Assembly: GCF_009834535.1 (NCBI RefSeq)
Contig: NC_045697.1
Span: 9,984,001 to 10,048,000, forward strand
Reading direction: 5' to 3'
DNA length: 64,000 nucleotides
Source: Camelus ferus
Taxonomy: Eukaryota
A program made the position numbers and the translations under genes. Below, one piece after another: positions 23,830 to 37,050 of this stretch; position 1 is the first letter of the stretch; the number at the start of each line of letters is the position of its first letter. Under the pieces are notes generated by a model that was not told the DNA's origin, did not search any database, and saw only the letters and a program-made list of their open reading frames with translations.

Positions 23830-24120
23830 GAGATTCTCTTGGTCTTCCCCTTACACATGTCACCTCATGGTGACAAGATGGGAGCTTCAGGCCTGGACAT
23901 CACGCCTCCCTTCAAGACAGGGAAAAAGAGGAAAGGTCAGGGTAGATACTGCAAAATTTAACTTATTTCTCATTGGCCAGAACTGAGTCAAATTATTATT
24001 GTGGCTACGAGGAGGGTTAGAAAATCAACTAGTGTGCTTTCACAGCGTCTATCATGGGCACAGCCATAGCAAATGGGGTAGAGTTTGGAGCCTGGGTGAG
24101 TCAATCTGTGTCAGCTACAT
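23830..24120 (-). mobile_element. MaLR LTR fragment (MLT1J-like)
   Basis: cctcatggtgacaagatgg..gacatcacg..ttcaagacaggg..ctcattggccagaactgagtca. A probable other part lies at about 23240-23335. Confidence 0.55.
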
Positions 24121-24827
24121 TCAGAAAGAAAGGACTTGAATCTATCAGGAAGGAGAGCAATGTAAGAAATAATTTTTTTAAATGAATAGAATCATCATAT
24201 CTGAAAAAGAAAATAAAGCACAAACTTCTTTTATCTTTATAGTCTCTCAAAGGTCACCATCTGGAGGAAGAGATGATGACCAGAGGAAGGGGTCGGAGGA
24301 ACGAGGCCCTCTCTGACAGCATGGCGTGGCTCATACAACAGCTGGAAAAGTGATTTCTTCTCAGATTTCTTTCCCCCCAAAATTTGAATTCGTGCCCAAT
24401 GGGACCAAGGGTCTTAATTTCTAATAGTCAGAGGAATCCTTCCTCCCACTTCTGGATAAAATTGTTCCCTTGGTGTCAGCAGTTTTCAGACAGCAAGATA
24501 AGCAGGAACTGGGCGTTGAGGTAGAAGAGAGGATACCATTTGGCCGGACAGCTGGAGTTGGACACCTTTCTCCTCTGTGTTGCCCAGAGACAGTGGAATG
24601 CGGTCAGGCCTCATCTGTGAGTGAAGAGGCTGCAACTGTCCATTGGGTTTTACTTTCGATGACTCTTTGGAAATCCATTTAGAAGTAAATACATGCTACT
24701 GGCCACGTGGACACATGGGGACCCAAGGACAGGATGGTAAAAGTCACAATGTATCAGCATGTCATGTAAATGTTACTCTCTTAATAGCACTTATAAAAAA
24801 TCTGATTTTAAAAGAAAAGGGGCTTGC

Positions 24828-24949
24828 GGAGGGCATAACTCAGTGCTACAGCACACGCTTAGCATGCACGAGGTCACGGGTTCAATCCCTGGCACCTCTT
24901 CTAAAAGTTACCTCTACGCCCCCCCCCAAAAAATAAAATAAAATAAATA
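24828..24949 (+). mobile_element. tRNA-Ala-derived SINE (camelid Vic-1-like)
   Basis: gagggcataactcagtgctacagcacacgcttagcatgcacgaggtcacgggttcaatccctggcacctc with an (AAAAT)n tail. Flanking repeat ctgattttaa at 24802-24811 and 24950-24959. Confidence 0.85.
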
Positions 24950-25940
24950 CTGATTTTAAGAAAAAGAGTAAAAAGAAAGAAAGAAAAGAAAAGAGGCTGA
25001 AATGTCTCCTGCCGAGAGGAAAAGGAGGCAGAATTGATGTCTGGAGGCCCTTGATTGGGGTCTGGGCGGCTCAGACCCCTTTCCTGTCTCCCCCAGAGTG
25101 CACTCCCTGCCCTCCTGTGTTCCTTGGCAACGGTGACCTGATTGTGGTCACAGAAGCAAAGGGCATAAAGGGGACTTGGGAGGGAGTAAAGAAGGCCTGC
25201 ATCCAACTCTGAAAGGATCTATTTGAAAGCAAGTCTCATCACGACTTGGGTGAAAACGGGGCACTGAGAGAAGGAAACCCACACCAAAGGCAGACCGGGG
25301 AGGGTGGAGGCGGGCATCGCCAGCTGGAGCCAGAGCCACGTCAAACCGGGCAGGGCAGGGCCCACAGCCACTCCTCTGAAAAACTGGGTCTGGGTCGTTT
25401 CCCATCGCCCTGTTTTTCTCACCAAGTCATTAAACAGGGAGCTGCCCTGTGGCCTCGACACCGATTCTGTTTATCTAAGTGACAGTCATCCTGCAGAGGG
25501 AACTCCGGTTTCCTGCCATCGCGGCCAGAAAGCGCTCTTTCTCAAAGGCTGTTTGCAGGCAGGGGCTGACTGCTCCTCTGCGCTTTCTACGCAGGCAGGG
25601 TTTGCTGCTGTTTTCCTATTCGATCTGAAGGACAGTCATTCTCTTTCCATCCATGCCCTCTTCAAAGCCGGGAGCGATGAGCTATGACAGCAGAATGCAG
25701 GGGTGAATGAGGCGAAACTGTGAAACAAGCTAGACCTGGTGTTACAACCTAATTTCTGACAGTTTCTTGGTTCTCAGGGATAATACGCATCCATCCTGCA
25801 GTGTTATTATGAGGACTAAAGATAATGCATGTAATGTTCTCAGCCCCATGCCCTGGATGAGCCAGGTGCTTCATAAATGACTCCTGTGCATTCTTATGCC
25901 TGTTCCATGGCCTAGACTCTTTCCTGCTACCGCGTGGTTT

Positions 25941-25948
25941 CATGCGTG

Positions 25949-26001
<53 letters not shown>
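25941..26001. repeat. (CG)n(CA)n alternating pyrimidine-purine tract
   Basis: catgcgtgcgcgcg followed by about 23 CA units. Confidence 0.95.
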
Positions 26002-26003
<2 letters not shown>

Positions 26004-26278
26004 GAATCTCCAGGAACCACTGGTGTACAAGTGAAAGAAGTCCTGTGCGTGTATTATGTGGATTCTGTGTTGCCACCAGGTTTTGTGCTCCAGAAAATGG
26101 AGCATGGTTGGAAGTTTCATTCTAAACCACACTGAAGACTGCCCATCCCTGGGTCATATACTCATGTGTTTAACTGTACAGGAAAGAATCATGGACTGAG
26201 GGGCTGGGCTTGTGGGCTTGCTTCTGCCAACACCTAGTATTGTCTTTATATCAAGAACACAAGAACATACAGTGCAGC

Positions 26279-26372
26279 AGGGAGGGTATAGCTCAGGTGG
26301 TAGAGCACACGCTAGCATGCACAGGGTCCTGGGTTCAATCCCTAGCACCTCCATTAAAAAAAAAAAAAAAAG
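26279..26372 (+). mobile_element. tRNA-Ala(AGC)-derived SINE (Vic-1-like)
   Basis: A box tagctcaggtgg (26289-26300), B box ggttcaatcc (26332-26341), then poly(A). TSD aagaacatacagNNcag at 26261-26277 and 26373-26389. Confidence 0.92.
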
Positions 26373-27407
26373 AAGAACATACAGCACAGAGGTCATCAAA
26401 CAAGACCTTTCCAAGTAGCACTTCATTTAAAGTCCCCTAAAGGACAATGATCTGAACACACAGGGACTTTCTCCACCCCTCATGTCCCCTCCCCAAGGGA
26501 GAAAGAATGGCTTCCCTGGTGTGTATTCCCAGAGAAAGAATTTAGCAGCAGCCCCCCCCCCGCCCGCCTCACCCCCATTCATGGACACATGTGCCCTCTG
26601 AGATACAGTCAGAGGCCACAGTGTGTTTTTAGTGGCAAAAGACAGAAAGTGTCTGCATAGCGTCACTTTTCACAGGAGGAGGAATCAGCCTATTCCCAGC
26701 TGGAGGGATAGCCCCCCACCCCCCATGGGGATGCTAATGCTGCACGTGAGGTTCTGCCGTTCTCCCCGGGAGCTGGTTGAGGGGCAACAGTTGATATCTT
26801 CCCATCTTCCTGACCTCTGACGGACCCCAGGAAGTATGCCTCCTGCTAAGAAATGCAGCAGCAACCTCCACGCATCCCTAAGTGTTTTCTGCACAACTGG
26901 TTCATTAGGAAAGTAGTCTTGCTTACTCTTAGGTGTTTGAACACTAGCAGGACAGAGCCCTGCTTTCGGAGCCATCATTCTCACTGGCCCTGCATCTGAC
27001 TGGTGCTCGCTCTGAATTTGTTTGAAGGCTCATGGCTCCATATCCAGTTCCCCACAACATATATTAAAAATAATTTAAAATGTATTTGATCTTCCAGTAG
27101 GATTTTCTTTCCCCAAAAACTCCAAGTCATGAACTTGTATGTGGGGAGCACAGCCAATTCCCGCGTGCTTAGCAAGACACTCACTCAGAAATATTTCAAA
27201 GGCACCATCTCATGTAAACGCCACGCCAACCCTACAAATGTGGGAATCTATATCTCCGTTTCACAAACAGGGAAGCAGAGCTTTGAGGAAGGCAAAAAAC
27301 ACAAGTCCACATAGGCGGTAAATGGCAGAGCCAGGGATTTTACCCATTATACTAAAAAAAAGGCAATATCTAAGTGACCATTAAGTTCTAGGCACAGTTT
27401 TAGAATA

Positions 27408-27736
27408 CAGTCAGCCCTCCATATCCACAGGTTTTGGGTCTGTGGATTCAACCAATCACAGATAGAAAATATTTTTTAAAAAGTTATCAGAAAGTTCTAA
27501 AAAGCAAAACATGAATTTGCCACATAGTGTTTACATTGTATTTACAACTACGTACATAGCATTTACATTGTATTAGATAATCTGGAGATGATTTAAAGTA
27601 TACAGTATATGGGAAGATGTACTTAGGTCAAATGCAAACACTATGCCATTTTACATAAGGGACTTGAGCATCTGTGAATTTTGGTACCCACCTGGGTTTC
27701 TGGAACCAATCTTCTGCAGATACCGAGGAATGGTGG
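27408..27736. mobile_element. MER2B-like TcMar-Tigger MITE
   Basis: TA|cagtcagccctccatatcc...gatttaaagtatac..taagggacttgagcatc..gataccgagg...|TA. TA flanks at 27406-27407 and 27737-27738. Confidence 0.85.
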
Positions 27737-27739
27737 TAC

Positions 27740-28690
27740 TGAGAATATGAGGGCAAGGTCAGACAAGCTCTCTGCTATCATGGAAGAGACAAATATTAAT
27801 CAAATAATCACAAAATCCAAAGTATAATTGCAAACTGTGGTAAGTGAAGAAGAGGGTGGCAGTGGTGTGAAAGGACATTTGGACCTCTCCTCGTCAAGTC
27901 AGAAAAGTCTCTTTCTTCTGGGTGAGTTGCTCCTGCTGCAGTCCGACCACTGATTTGGGGCTTACTGGGAAAAGAATGGGAGTGGTGTAGTGACAATGGG
28001 AGTGAACAGTTATGAGAGATATTTAGGAGATAGAATTATAGGACTTGCTGAGTAAATATAGGACTGTCAAGGGTGACTTTAGATTTTGGACTGAACTGGA
28101 AAGACTCTGCTGCCAAGGATTGAGCACAAGACAGTGGAAGGGGCTTGGGTCGGAAGGCAGAAGGAAAATCTTGAATTTGGCTTTGAACTTGATGACTGTA
28201 AGATGCCTTTAAATTACCCCCATGGAGAGGTTGCATGGAGAGATGGAAGGGAGCCATTGACTGACATAAACGCCTAAGTCTCCAACATTCAGATGATGAA
28301 ATTGAAGCCATGAAGATAATGAAGTTGTCTGAGGAGAGACTAAGGAAATGCGAGCTTAATGAGCTCCAATTTGGAAGGGACAGAAAGAGGAGGGTGAGCC
28401 TGCAAAGCGTATTGAAAACAAGGGATGTATTGTATCATTAAAAACAAAAGGAAGAGGTTCTTGAAAAAACATAAAATTCTTCTGACGTCAAGTGAGATTG
28501 TGGTTGAAAAATACCCTTTGGATTTAGCAGCTTAGAAGCCACTGGGGACTTTTGGCAAGAGCCCTTCTGAGATGATGATTATCTAAACCATTATCTAAGT
28601 GGCTGATCAGGAATTTGAAATGGAGGTTACAGATGACTGGTTTGAGAAGGAAAGATAACACAGGGCTGCAGCTGGAGGGGGGTCCAGTAA
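27740..28690 (-). mobile_element. L2 relic (continues left of the MER2B to about 27365)
   Basis: Purine-rich antisense L2 motifs (gagatatttaggagatagaatt.taggacttg, ttggatttagca, ggggacttttggcaagagc). Confidence 0.65.
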
Positions 28691-28899
28691 CCATGGCCGT
28701 GATTCTGGTCACTTCACGATTTCACCTCCCCCCTCTTAAGGCAAGGAAGGGATTCTATTTCGTTTTGATTGACTTCTCTTTCTCCTTCAGCTACTCAGTA
28801 GTAAACTGAGTCCTACATCATTTTGATAAAGCAATCAATTGAATTTAGACCGTAGTCTGACACATAGCAAAACCTCAACTATTATTTGTTCAAGAAGAG

Positions 28900-29030
28900 T
28901 CAGAAGGAAGGGAGGGAGGAAGAAAGGAAGGAAGGAATGAAAGAAGGAAGGAAGGAAGGAAGAGAGGGAGAAAGGGAGGGAGGAAAGGGGAAGGAAAGAA
29001 GGACGGAGGGGGAGAGGGAGGAGAAAGAAA
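28900..29030. repeat. (GGAA/GGGA)n purine low-complexity tract
   Basis: Near-pure purine run. Confidence 0.9.
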
Positions 29031-29109
29031 GATTATATACATGATATGTATGGCTGGGACATTAGCTGTACACCAGAGATTGACACATTATAATTGACTA
29101 TACTTATAC
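29031..29109 (+). mobile_element. Short L1 3' tail (about 80 bp)
   Basis: atgtatggctgggacattagctgtacaccagagattgacacattataattgactatactt, homologous to the tail at 1215-1280. Confidence 0.8.
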
Positions 29110-29162
29110 AGAAGAAGAAAGAAGGAAAGAAAGAAAGAAGGAAAGAAAGAAAGAAGGAAGGA

Positions 29163-29233
<71 letters not shown>

Positions 29234-29295
29234 GAAGAAAGGAAGAAAGGAGGAAAGGAAGAAAGGAAGAAAGAGAAAGAAAGAAAGAAAGAAAG

Positions 29296-29334
<39 letters not shown>

Positions 29335-29349
29335 AAAGAAAGAAAGAAA

Positions 29350-29426
<77 letters not shown>

Positions 29427-29503
29427 AAAGAAAGAAAAGAAAGAAAGAAAGAAAGAGGGAGGGAGGAAGGAAGGAAGGAAGGAAGGAAAGAAGAGAAAAA
29501 AGA
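29110..29503. repeat. Compound (GAAA)n/(GGAA)n microsatellite, about 390 bp
   Basis: Uninterrupted purine tract dominated by GAAA. Confidence 0.98.
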
Positions 29504-31065
29504 GCAATATACCTGAATCTCTTTATCCTGGAGGGTGAGTAAATGGTGAGAGAGGCAATTGTCAAAAAGAAACATTTAGGCAACTAACAGCATAAAACAC
29601 TTAACTCATGCTCTCTTCACAATGGTTTCCTCCCCCTAGTGAGGAAAAAAAAAAAAAAAAACTCTGGGGGGAAAAATGTCCCCAAACTAATGTTTTTATA
29701 GATTGCAATTTTTATGATCATACCATATAAAGGAAATTTTGAAAAACCAATTTGGGATGGACCAGCCTTTTAGAAATTACTTAAGGCAGTCAGAAATAAT
29801 TCTGTATAGAAGCCAAATCCTTGAAACAGTGCTAAAACAATTTATGTCTATTACTGAGACACACCACGGCTGTCAGGGTCCTGGAGGGCTTGGTGTCTGC
29901 AAGCAATCACACCCCTGTGCTCCCTCAGGCTTTTCCCCTGAGCACTGGTCTCCTGGTCCCATTTGAGTAACAGATCATCACCTGTGATGGAGAAAGGTGA
30001 CTCACCCTGAAAGCTCTACCCAAGTGTGTTTGCCTGGTTTCAAACACGTGTATGCTTTATTTCATTGCTTCAAGAAATCTGAGTCCTTGCACGCAAAGCA
30101 TAGCGCACAGCATCCAAGTTTCACAGTTTCAGCTCTGTCATCCTGAGCCCAAACATCATACCTTTGTTTATACGGAGCTTATAAAATCTCCTCACATTCC
30201 TGTGTTGACTGAACTAGAAACATAAATTGTATTCCTTATGTTTCAACTTAAATCAGGAAAACATTGTCCAGTGGACAGACTGTATTCACTGTTTGGCCAG
30301 GTGACTTGGAGCAGATTCAAATCATCTCAGGATGTTTCAGTGTCTCACTTTTGGAAAAGGAAAATTCATCAAACTTATGGTCCCAGCAACTTGGTAAGAA
30401 CTGATGTGTTCAAGCCAAAATCCCTTCAGGAGACTGGTTTTCTAAGTTGTCAATAAAGAGCTGGTCATTTATCAATTGCCTGAGGAAGATCAGTGCAGAT
30501 TATTTGCTCAGTTGTTTTGGCTTTCAGCCAATCTGGTGTGGAGCAGGGAGACAGTTTAGTGAGGGGGTTAAGGAGGAATCAAACAGCTTCCACGAATAAG
30601 AGCCTATAGACTTAACATTCTGCTTCTGACAGCCATGCATTCAGCTCCTAAACTATTGTTGATCTGTTTGGTCCTTCACCCCTCACCTCATCTTCTTGAA
30701 TGTGACAATGGAAATATCTTCTTCAGTCTTGACTTTTATTGTTCTTACTAAATCAGCAACTTATAATGGAGTCTTGGCTCATTCGACTTCTGGCCAGTCT
30801 AAGAAAATGTCAGAGCACCCCCCTCCACCAAGCCCAGAACGTCCCCCTCCCCCTCCACACCCTGGATCCACACCTGTCCAAACCTGGAGCAAATGACTTT
30901 CCCACCAGCCTTTCTGAAAACCCTATTAACGCCATTTCTTCCAGAGTGACTGCTGTCAATTAAATGTCTAAGTTCAAGTCAATACTAGCAATTAGGAATT
31001 TCTTGCATGAAATTTAAAACCTTCAAATTCAACTTTTTAAAAATGCTAATCACGATAGCTAATAT

Positions 31066-31469
31066 ACTCTGTGTGTCTTGGACACCCTTTGGAAACAGGA
31101 GTTCATCCACCCACCCCAAATCTGCTCTGGGTGTCGAGGCTGACGACGCCCACACCCGAGAAGAAGTGCACAAAGATGTGTTATTTACGTGACCAGGCTC
31201 TTTAGGAAAGCAGAGCAAGCCTCCCAGGTTGGTCTGAAACTGGCTTAGAGCAAGGAAGGGAGACCGGCTTGAGGCTGTTACTGTGGGTGAGCTGGGTAAG
31301 GATTTCAGGGGCTTGTGTAATTTGAATCTCCCATCAGTTCCAAAGGAGGTACCACCCTGACTTTCTAGTCAGCTTGCCCAGATGTGAGGCAGAAGGGGAG
31401 AAGGGAGGAGTGAGGCTTATGAGCTGTCAATAGTCAAATGTCCAAAGTGGATTCAGACTGTTTAGTACA
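31066..31469 (-). mobile_element. ERV-type solo LTR (LTR47-like; subfamily uncertain)
   Basis: tcagcttgcccagatgtgaggcagaaggggagaagggagg..gtgaggctt..agctgtca..agtcaaa..ggattcagactgtttagtaca. Confidence 0.5.
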
Positions 31470-32769
31470 TGGAGGCAGGTCCTGTGCTAAGGACTTTACG
31501 GGTCATCTCATTGGATTCTTTCCTCAACTCTGTGAGGTAGCTACTCAGCCCCATTTCACAGATGGGAAGGTCAATGTTCAAAGTCCCAGAGAGGGGTCAT
31601 GCTTCCCCAGACCAAACTGGACAGTACAGAGCCAGGACTTGGACAAATGCCTCAACTTTGGCTTCGCCCAGACTGGGTGGGCAGCCTCATCCAGCCTGAC
31701 AACTGGCAGGGGACGAAACTCATGCCTGGGTACCCTCCCACTATCAGTTTGTCAGTACACACACAGAGGGTGAAAACCACACTTTCAGTAATAAACTTGG
31801 TGGGGCAGAGTCCAGAACTTGGGTCGAGAGCTCATATTGGCAAAGCAGGAAGCCCTCAGGCACTGAAATCAGAGATACCTTGGGTTGAACCCTGCCTTCC
31901 TCATCTGGGGAAGTTCAAGACAGTTCCTTATGTTTTTGAGCCTTATTATCCTAATCCATGAAATAGGAACAACAGTATTTACCTTTAAGAAGGTTTTTGT
32001 AAGGATTTTAGAAGTGTCGAGTATTGAAGCCCTAATGTTCATTGAAGTAGCTATCATTACCTTGATTTCTAGGGTCTAAAATGGATCAGTTTTTATATGC
32101 TAATTACCTGCTAATTAGCACATAGAGCAATTTAAGAATGTAGACGCCTGTATTGTCCTTTTCCTGTGGCCTTTGTTGAGAGTAGACTGGATGCTATGTA
32201 TGCCTACACAACCATTTTAGCATTTCTTATTTCCATATTCTGGAAATAAGAATGTTTACTGGCCAGGTGCTAGAAAGATGGCATCAAGTAAACACAGAAA
32301 GACACAGACAAGCTCTCCAAGAGCTATCAGCGACTTGTGATTCACACTCCCACTGCTGAAAACTCTTTCCTAATCTAATTTGTCTTGATCCAATAAAGGA
32401 AGAAAATTAGGAATTTTTTTTTTTGTTCCGAATGATTTCTCCTTCTCATTTGATAATAATTCCTTGGGACAGATTTTGTTATGCTTCCATAAATCTAATT
32501 CAAGAAGAGAGTGTTGCATTGTTCATTAATTTCATGAAAAACACAATCAGATAGAAACCCCAGGGAGAAATTGAATGTCAATGTCCAGAAATGAAGCTGG
32601 TTTCTCTTTGGGGTGGCTCATATCCCAAGGTGTGCCTCTACTTTGCCAACATAATTCTTATTTCTTTGTGGCTTTCCCATGTTTACAAAATGCACCAATT
32701 TATTAGTTAGCCTCCTGAGATGACATTGAAGCATAGTGAGGATGAATGACTCAGGGAGCCACTCTGCAG

Positions 32770-32995
32770 GGTGGAGAGAGCTTTGATAGCCTGGGTAGGG
32801 ACCTGGGTGTACTGCTCACTAGTCATGGGAATGTGGGTGAGTTCTTACTCCTCTGTGAACCTCTGTAAAATGGGAATGATATTCTGTAAAATAGTAATAG
32901 TGTTCTCTTGTGCTGATGGATGCTCTGAGGATTAAGAGATGTGCAGAGATAAAGGTGTCTAGCCATTTGCCTGGCACATAATAAATGTTTTGAGG
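32770..32995 (+). mobile_element. MIR SINE relic
   Basis: ctctgtgaacctctgtaaaatgggaatgat...gcctggcacataataaatg. Confidence 0.55.
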
Positions 32996-32999
32996 CACG

Positions 33000-33520
33000 C
33001 CTCTTTTAATTGCAAGTGACAGAAACCTAACTCAAACCATGTTATTAAAAGGGGAAGTTGATTTTGTATGGGTCTCAAGGGTGGGTTCTCTGGATGGCTT
33101 AAAGATAGTCTTGGTTGACAAAGTCAGTACTGAAGAAAGCTGATCAAGGCTGTGCCTTGTCTCCATCATTCAGCTCTACTTGCCTCTTTTTGGCTTCATT
33201 CCTATACAAGGTCTCTTTCCATGGTTGATAAGATGATCACACAGACCTCTGGACTCACAACCTCACAATTTACTAATGCTAGTGGCATTGCCCATACAAA
33301 AATCCCAGTATAGATCCTGATTGGCCCTGCTTGGCTCATACGTCCATCTCTGCACCAAACACTGTGGCTAGGGAAATGTGGTACACTGATGGGCCAGCAT
33401 GAATTAGCATCTCTGAGTAGAGGGCAGGTCACCCAGATCATGGAGTGGGGAAGAGTGATTTCCCAAAACAAGAGGCATTGATACCTGAAGAGGAGAATGA
33501 ATGCATAACAAAAACTTTAG
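33000..33520 (-). mobile_element. Ancient MaLR LTR (MLT1M/N/O-like)
   Basis: ttgcaagtgacagaaacctaactcaaacc...ctgattggccctgcttggctcat..caaacactgtggctaggg. Confidence 0.55.
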
Positions 33521-36500
33521 GACACAATTTCTTCCCTAAATAAGTAAATGAACCACTAATTGAGAATATTTCCCTCCATCCTCCCTGCTCTCTAGACAGT
33601 TCAACCCCCCCCCCCCCCCCCCGCCGGCAGAGCGAGCTAAAGCAAAAGCATGAGCCAATCCCCACAGACCAAACAAAATGCCCAGTACACGATTTCTGGT
33701 AGATTGTCTTGCAATTTTCTAAGCAGCTAAATACAATTTCTTCAGTGAACTGGATAAATTGAAGAGCAGGTTGCATTTAGCCAGAGAAATGATGGGGGGG
33801 GGGTGGGGTTTTTTCCAATATTTGAAAAGTAGTGACATGTAATAGTCTTGGCCCGCAATCTTATGGAAATTCACATAACAGTTCCCTTCCTCTCATAAGC
33901 AATTTCCTTCCTGACAGGCTTAAGTGGATGAGTAATTACATCCCTGCTGTCTTCTTGAGGATCTGAGCAAAAAGTATCTTGGAACCAGTACGGCAATCTT
34001 AGAATAGTGTCTGCTCAGAACAATTGGAAAGACTTAAATTCAGTCTCTGATGCAAACATTTACCTAAAAATATAAGGTTCCTCAATCTACAATTCACACT
34101 ATGGGGAAGAGTATGATCGTAGCTGAGTGGGCAAAAAGATTATCTGATTTATTACGACTAACTTTCAAGAAGTTATGTAGCCAACTGGGAAAGCCACGAT
34201 GAGACCCTTTGAGCCCCAGGACGGGTGGCTGGAACTTCCATGGCAGATAATGGCTGATGAAGGTGCTGGAGAAAAGCATCCATGGGAATGATGAGTGATG
34301 TTCAGAGAACTTGGTCAGCACTCAACTTTTTATAGCAGGTCTGGGATGAAAACAAAGATTGAGACAAACCCTCTGTCAGCCACTGGAGTGAGTCACCAGG
34401 AGTACACACACCCAGGGGGCTGTGTTGGAGGGGGATGCTGTGACCCTGGGAGCGGTCACATATCCCCTTACCTGGGATGCACGTGCTGATGGAGCCCTGA
34501 GACCGGTCCCCCAGAATAAAAGGATGGGAGGGGGAGGGTGTGTGTCTCATGCTGTCCCTTCCTTTGTCATCATTAATCTCCTCATGATGCCTTTGTGCCC
34601 TGGCAACTCTTTGGCATGAGCCTCACTTCACTGACATGGAAAAAATGGGGCTCATGAAGTCAGCCCAGGCTGTCAGCTGTGACTGATGGCTTAGAAGGGA
34701 TTTTGTATTATCCAGGTTATCGCTGCGATTGAATAACAGTGGAGAGGTGGAGATGACGTCATCTGGGGCTCTGAATTCCCTTTGGCAAGTAAGCTGCAGA
34801 CAACAGCTTGAGCTACACAGGTTTAAAGATCTCAAGATAATTTCAATACATAAAATAACAGACTAGTAATGATTCAGTGCCTAGAAAAAGCCCTTGTACC
34901 TAGTAGGGAGTTTGTGACCATTAATATAAATGAGGGAATATAGATCCTTTTTCTCTTCTATCAGTGTTCCAGAATCACAAATATTACCAGGTTTAAACTA
35001 ATTGGCCTCTATCAGCACCTTTATGGGGCGCCAAAAACAACCTATGAATTCCTCTCCTCTTGACAGCTGAGGAATCTGAGATATAAAGGAATTAAGTGAT
35101 TTGAAGATATCATTCAATAAATCCTGGATGAGATGGACAGAAAATATATGTCCAACTTCCTGCTTCCCCTCCTGAGACCATCCTCATTCTTCCACTGTTT
35201 CCATCATCTTGCTGCTTGAAGACACACTGTGGTACAACAATATGCATAAGAACCTTGATTTGCAAGAAGTGACCTGGAGCAGACCTGTCTCTCAGTCCAT
35301 TAGGGATGAAGCCAAGAGAAGTGTCCTTCCTCCTTTCTCTTAAGTTGAATCCTCACTCCCCATACCTTCTTTGGAGATCATTACACTCCTGGTAAAAGTT
35401 CATACTAAATCGGCAACTTTGAGCGGATTCTTGCTTCAGCCAGCCACTCTGGGCAAATGCCAGAGCCCACCAGCCTAGCCCACCCCTCCCCCTGCACCTG
35501 GATCTGGATTTGTCCCAACCTGGAAAGCTGGGACAATCAGAGACAACCTGGGAGAAAGAGCCAGATGCCCTGAGAAGATCGGCAATAGGTAAGACCTCAA
35601 CCCACACCTGCCCTTCCCCACCTTCGGCAGAAGAGCCAAAGGGGTCTCCAGAGAGGGGAAGGGAAGTAGCCTTGTACCATGGCTGAAATCGTGCCCTGAG
35701 TGCGCCCAGCTCACCAAGGACCCTACGCATCTCCACATTCACAGAGAGCACGTCTAGGGAGGGGTTGGTCTTTAGATCATGGAACTGGTTTTCTTGGGTT
35801 GTTTGGTTTGTGAGTTTCAACAGGCAATCTCCCTCATCTGTATCTGAGATGGACTGGACCTCCAGATTAAGTGAAGGATACCAATCTATGATTTAAAATG
35901 GAAACAGTCAATGTGCTTTGGAAAGACATACTTGGAAAAGAAAAGGAGTCAGGAGGTGAGGGGGTCTTATCATTATAGCAACACTAAATTAATTGCCTTT
36001 TGAGTAGTATTCTTTATTATGTCTAGTGCAGATGCTGAGCAGTTAGTCTCTTGCCAAATAATTGTTCCACCTTGGAAATTTAAGAAACTCTAGATAAAAC
36101 AGACATTTTCAAAATCCCCTGTTTCAAATCCATACTAGATACATGAGCTTGGACAAACAGATTGGGTCTAGATTTCTTCATCTGAATTATGATCTTCCTG
36201 ATTTCTTAGTTTGTTTGAGTAGTAAATGCAATCAAGTTTTTCTAGAGCCTAACGCAGTGACTGGCACATAGAAAGTTTCCAAGATGCTGATTGCATTTCT
36301 TTTTCACGGGCAACTGAGTTCTTTTTCCTCTGATCTGGTCTGGAGGGAGATGCACTCCTGATAACACTCCCTCGCTGCTGTGTGATAAAACCAAGTCAGC
36401 CCCTCTCTGGGCCCTGTTCTCCTTCTTCATAAGGAAAGGATGGAGTTGAGTCATAGCCCAGATTTATGTAGACTGCACTGTTTTGTTTCTCTCCAGAGAA

Positions 36501-36829
36501 GATGTCTCTCACAGTGAGGTGCTCAGAAGTTTCTGTTCCCTCCCAGTTTTATTCTTCTTCCTCCACGTGTGATGTGTGGCAGTACTTTCTCATGCCTGCG
36601 GCCACGATGCTATTTCTTTTGCCTAAAACCCACAAGAAGTGGGATCTCTTCTTCGCCACAGACATACACAGGAAACTGTGAGAAAAGGTCCTGGACTTCA
36701 CCTTCCACTTCGGAACTCCTTAGCCCAAGGGCAGTCAAGGATAAGGAAGAAGCTATACTGCTATCAAACCAAGTGCAGAAAGCAACTCACTCATTATTTC
36801 ATTCATATTTCATGACAAGCACTTCCTCT

Positions 36830-37050
36830 CTGTAGGCTGACTGAGACCATGGATCAGAATGCCCACCTTCCAGCTGTGCAATTTTGAGCAAGTTACCTGG
36901 CCTCTCTGTGCCTCAGTGTCTGCATCTCTGTAAAAGAGGCATTATAAGAGAACTTGCCTCATTAGGTTATTGTCAAAAGGTTAAAAATGTTACAGATATA
37001 AAGTGCTTCCAGCAGTGCCCAGCATATGGGAAACGTGCTCCTGTTGTGTT
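36830..37050 (+). mobile_element. MIR SINE
   Basis: ttgagcaagttacctggcctctctgtgcctcagtgtctgcatctctgtaaaa...aaagtgcttccagcagtgcccagcata. Confidence 0.75.

Noticed and set aside
26281..26353. Functional tRNA-Ala(AGC) gene
   Set aside because: It is followed by poly(A), flanked by a TSD and has substitutions in the anticodon arm, so it is a retroposed SINE. The same applies to 24828 and 63379.
29033..29583. Long Lys/Glu/Arg-rich or Phe/Ser/Leu-rich ORFs
   Set aside because: They are translations of the (GAAA)n microsatellite.
31040..31062. Resemblance to miR-155 (aatgctaatcacgatag)
   Set aside because: Only a partial match, with no complementary arm to form a precursor hairpin.
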